This document shows positions 60,401 to 64,000 of a DNA stretch of 64,000 nucleotides, one piece after another. Within the stretch, counting starts at the first letter, position 1. Each line of letters begins with the position of its first letter. Location: contig OZ037772.1 in assembly GCA_964035545.1 (NCBI GenBank), positions 8,301,150 through 8,365,149 of the forward strand, given 5' to 3'. Made by a program: the position numbers and the translations under genes. Source of the stretch: Bugula neritina. Lineage: Eukaryota > Animalia > Bryozoa. The notes under the pieces were generated by a model. It searched no databases. It had not been told where the DNA came from and worked only from the letters and a program-made list of their open reading frames with translations.

Positions 60401-63400
60401 AGAACTTCCATGATATGAAACAGTCAAAGTGTTTGAGGAATGTATTACATCAGTTCAAGTAGTGGTTTGATGACAATTTTTTAAACTTTGTTTTGTTATA
60501 GAATACATGGAGACACAATACAGTGAAACTTGGTTAACATCAGAGAGTCTCGGGAGATAGAAGCAAGGTTTACCAGGTTGTCCAGCTTCATTGTCAGGTT
60601 CTTCAACGACCACATGGTTTGGTTGAGCACTCTTTGCAGATAGTCTTTCTGATTCTTATACTTCTCACTCATTTCCTCAAGATACCTGTAAAACAAGCAC
60701 CTGCTCTAGCACCTGCCACACTTGCAAGACATCTGTAAAACAAGCACCTGCCACCTCTGTCACACAAGCACCTGATTTAGCACCTGCCACACTCATGGAA
60801 ACATTTGTAACTCATGTAGCATATATAGAAGATGCCGGAACAAAAAGGAAGCTGTTAAGTAAAGTCACTCGAAAAGTTAAAGTCCCTATCAGCTATTGAA
60901 CAACCACCTGCAATATTTGTGGAAATATATTATGGTGACACACAACACAGACACTACACAAACCCATATTGCTTGCTTTAACCATGAGATTCACTCATCT
61001 AAGGATTGCTTATAAATCTCAATGCAATAAATTTCTATAGACAACAACTGGAAAAAAAGATTTGTCTTCCCGCTGACATACCCTAAGAGTGTAAGTTAAT
61101 ATTTAGACAGAACATGCTGCCACAGAACTTACGTATTGGTGACGTTAAGATTCTTCTCCAAAGATCTGACTTGATTTTTCAAGGTGCCTATAGCAGTGTT
61201 CCTAAACACCGGGCGAGTAGCGGGCGGGGGAGGGTCCTGAGACGGCCCTGTCCCCTCCTGTTCTTCAGCTACTCCTTCGTCAGCAGCGGCAGCAGGAGGA
61301 GAGGGTGTGGTCAGCTCCTGCTCCTCCACAACAGGAGCAGCAGTAGGAGGCTCAGCTAGGGTCGGAGGTGAAGGCTACAGGAATATTGAGATAGTTCAAG
61401 ATCAAAAGAGTGAATAAAAAAAGTAGAGATCAAAGGAGAGTAAACACAAAAAAGTAGAGATCAAAGGAAAGTAAAAAAAACAAGTAGAGATCAAAGGAAA
61501 GTAAATAAAAACAATTACCGATCAAAGAAGTCAATAAAAATCACAGTAAAAGCAAAAAATTCTATTCTCCAGAAAAAGAAACTTTACCAAAACTTGCTCG
61601 AGGACCACCTCGTCTGGTTGAGTGCTAGACAGTTGACCAGCTCCCTGTTCATTGGACAGAGTTACAGAGTCAGGTGTCTGAGTTGTCTCTTCTACTGGCT
61701 GAGCGGGCAACTCCGAGGCTGTAGTAGCTGAAGGCTGAGTGGTGCCTGCACTAGAGTCCGTGTCATTGAGAGCAGGGATAGCGCTGGCCTACAGAGATAT
61801 TATTACTTTAGATTATTCAAGAAAGAAAATTTGAAAATTTCCATTTGACTTTTTAGCTACCACTGAATTATGATATCAAACAAAGAAGGTTGATGTTTTT
61901 TAGAGTCAAATTTTGCATTGAATTCGGAGTGGTGAGGATATAGACCAGCCTTGAACCGTACTGAAAGAATGAAAGGACGAAGAAACACTTACAAACAGAT
62001 GCTAGCTCTAACTGCCTCAATAAGATTAGCACTAGTAAAGGAACAGCACTGTTTATGACATACGCACCCAGCCCTCTGAATACTGAAGTACTGCCGATGC
62101 CCAAAAGCTAAATCAGACACTTTGTGTAGGTGGCTAAAATACTTCACGTTAAAACCAAAGAAATTGTTTAAAGTATTATTTCAGCCCTCAAAATGGTAGC
62201 TTCCAATTAAATTAAATCATCAACATGATAGTTATGATACTTTAATGATATACCTTGAGCCTATTTATAATCCCACTTTTACTCAAGAGTGATAAGAATA
62301 TTGGTGTCAAAATGTTATCAGTTTCAGCATACAATATTGTGCCCTCAAAATGGCCGCTTCAAATTTACTTTTTCATCATTTAACTACGCACCCAAAAACA
62401 TTTACATTATCAGTACAATTGTTGATATTCAAAATGATAGGAAGTTTACATCGGAATTGAAAACTTTCCTAAGAGGTACCGTATCATGCTTCATAATATA
62501 ATTTCTCTAGTGTTTATACTGCACTGTGCTTTTGAGATAAATTATTTTAATTTAGTAAAACATTCTCCCACAAACATAGGAACTGAAATTAACTAACCTT
62601 GATGTTAGACTCAGCGCCAGTTTGACTAGAAACATGAGATGGACTCTGATTGGCCGAGCTCTCTGCAGCAGACGTCTTGTTGTCTTTATCATTATTAGCA
62701 ACAGCTTCAGCCTGAGGTTTTACATTCCCTGCAACCAAACCACAGGAAGTGGAGCACATGCTACCTTTTACAACATCTACTACAGTCAAACGGCAAAGCG
62801 ATTGAAGTCACATGTTGCTAAGAACGCAGCAAATGCTGGTTTAGAACTAAATTGGATAGGAAATGCTGCACTAAAGGGTTACCACACAACACAAATACTG
62901 GCTTTTCATACAGCAAATCTAAGAATTTCAACATCTACAGTGGCTTTAAATCCTACTATGATTTACTGCACATAATTTTCTCTACAAAGAGATTACAACC
63001 TTAGAAATGGCTGAAACACCAACCGACCTGTAGAAACCTCAGCTTCTGCCCCAGAACTGGTCTGCGGGCTATCAGAATCGGGCGCCTTAGCTCTCACAGC
63101 ATCAGCAGCAGCCTGGGCACCGTCTGGCAACAGTTCATACGACTCGGGTAAACAATATGATGGAACTGAGGCTAGGTCGTCATAGCAACGATAGCAAACA
63201 TCCAGCTGAGGAGGGAAAGTGAAGCCTGTAAAAGAAACAATCAAAAGGAGGCCAAGAAAAGCAGACGTCATAATGTTCTATCCACAAGATTGAAATATAT
63301 TGGAAGGGCCGGTTTGTTAAATAAATGAAAAGTACCAATAGGGAAAAAATCTAACAGGTAAATCGTCTACCTGTATCTTTTTCTTCAGGTAGAACAGTGG

Positions 63401-63587
63401 TTGGGGAGGCAGTGCTAGTTGTCAGCACCTCTGCAGTGGTGTTGGCAGCAGGAGCGGATGTAGTCGCTTGAGGTGGGGGGTTGTGAGGTTCCTCATCTCC
63501 GTCATCGTCATCCACGCTGTACCCGTGAATCCGTATGATGGTAATGGGGCAGTAGTGCTCTGTGCCGTGGTAACTGCTTATTTCCAG
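56009..63587 (-). CDS. SUCO: SUN domain-containing ossification factor (SUCO / SLP1 / osteopotentia family), 3' part; gene continues beyond the window
   Basis: The exon starting at 63587 encodes the SUN-domain end LEISSYHGTEHYCPITIIRIHG. Later exons give IGTLKNQVRSLEKNLNVTNTYLEEMSEKYKNQ (SUCO coiled coil; ~61133-61375, ~60573-60686), a TM helix VSVVVAGLFILTLLQI (~59273-59448) and a basic tail KPKKKRKKNKK in the last exon (stop at 56009). Confidence 0.88.
56455..56800. mobile_element. Young MITE with ~70-bp near-perfect TIRs, flanked by TA
   Basis: AGCCTAGGGCCACACGGTGCGTATTTTCGCATGCGAAAATTGAAATCACAAGTAGCAAAGGTGTCCACTGT at the left end and its reverse complement ending at 56800. Confidence 0.88.
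59784..59990. mobile_element. Tc1/mariner-like MITE
   Basis: TA|CAGTGCTCCCT ... AGGGAGCACTG termini (CAGT start typical of Tc1/mariner/pogo TIRs); right TSD degenerate. Confidence 0.6.
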
Positions 63588-64000
63588 CTATCAAGGGAAA
63601 GACAACTTCAGTTTAAAACCACAGGTCCGATAGAAATCCTGAGTGTAAGGGTTGTTACGAGAGCCAGCCTTACAGATGGCAACTCAAAGCAAACTGAACA
63701 GTTTTTAGGATAGAAAAGCTATGAAGTCGAAATGTTCTTTCCTGACATCATCGATAACCGACACCGAAAAAAGAAAATGAAAAATCTCAAGTATAGATTT
63801 CCATATTCTAGGCAACGGTTGGAGCCAATGAAATTCGTATTTGATGTCTGGGATAGGAAAGAAACGTCAATAAAAGTTATTTAATGCTGTAGACTGGTTA
63901 CCTAAATAAATTATAACATAAATATAGATGAATATTTTTCACTTTTTATACTAATAAGATAAACTAAAAAAATAATTAAATACGTTTTACATAAAATGAT

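Overview
This is AT-rich, intron-rich animal (invertebrate-type) genomic DNA; the taxon cannot be fixed from sequence alone. Splicing exons by hand (GT-AG boundaries, phase-consistent) gives six protein-coding genes. (1) A SynGAP/DAB2IP/RASAL2-family PH-C2-RasGAP gene (+, ~2.3-26.7 kb) with several candidate alternative first exons. (2) A secreted 705-aa protein with signal peptide, a very basic N-terminal segment, six Sushi/CCP modules and a Caspr/neurexin-IV-type fibrinogen-like C-terminal domain (-, 29.6-36.8 kb). (3) IST1 (+, 39.5-42.9 kb), with a 5'-truncated LINE RT fragment in intron 4. (4) A 3-exon, 95-aa TM + RING-H2 microprotein gene that the ORF track misses (-, 44.2-46.1 kb). (5) Bleomycin hydrolase (-, 48.3-54.2 kb). 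(6) The 3' part of SUCO/SLP1 (-, 56.0 kb to beyond the window end). Mobile DNA includes a tRNA-derived SINE family (5 copies) and several MITE families. The most striking non-genic pattern is that many introns carry their own private minisatellite, and in several cases the repeat unit is a copy of the adjacent exon-intron junction, producing arrays of decoy splice sites. All family assignments come from motif recognition, not database searches.
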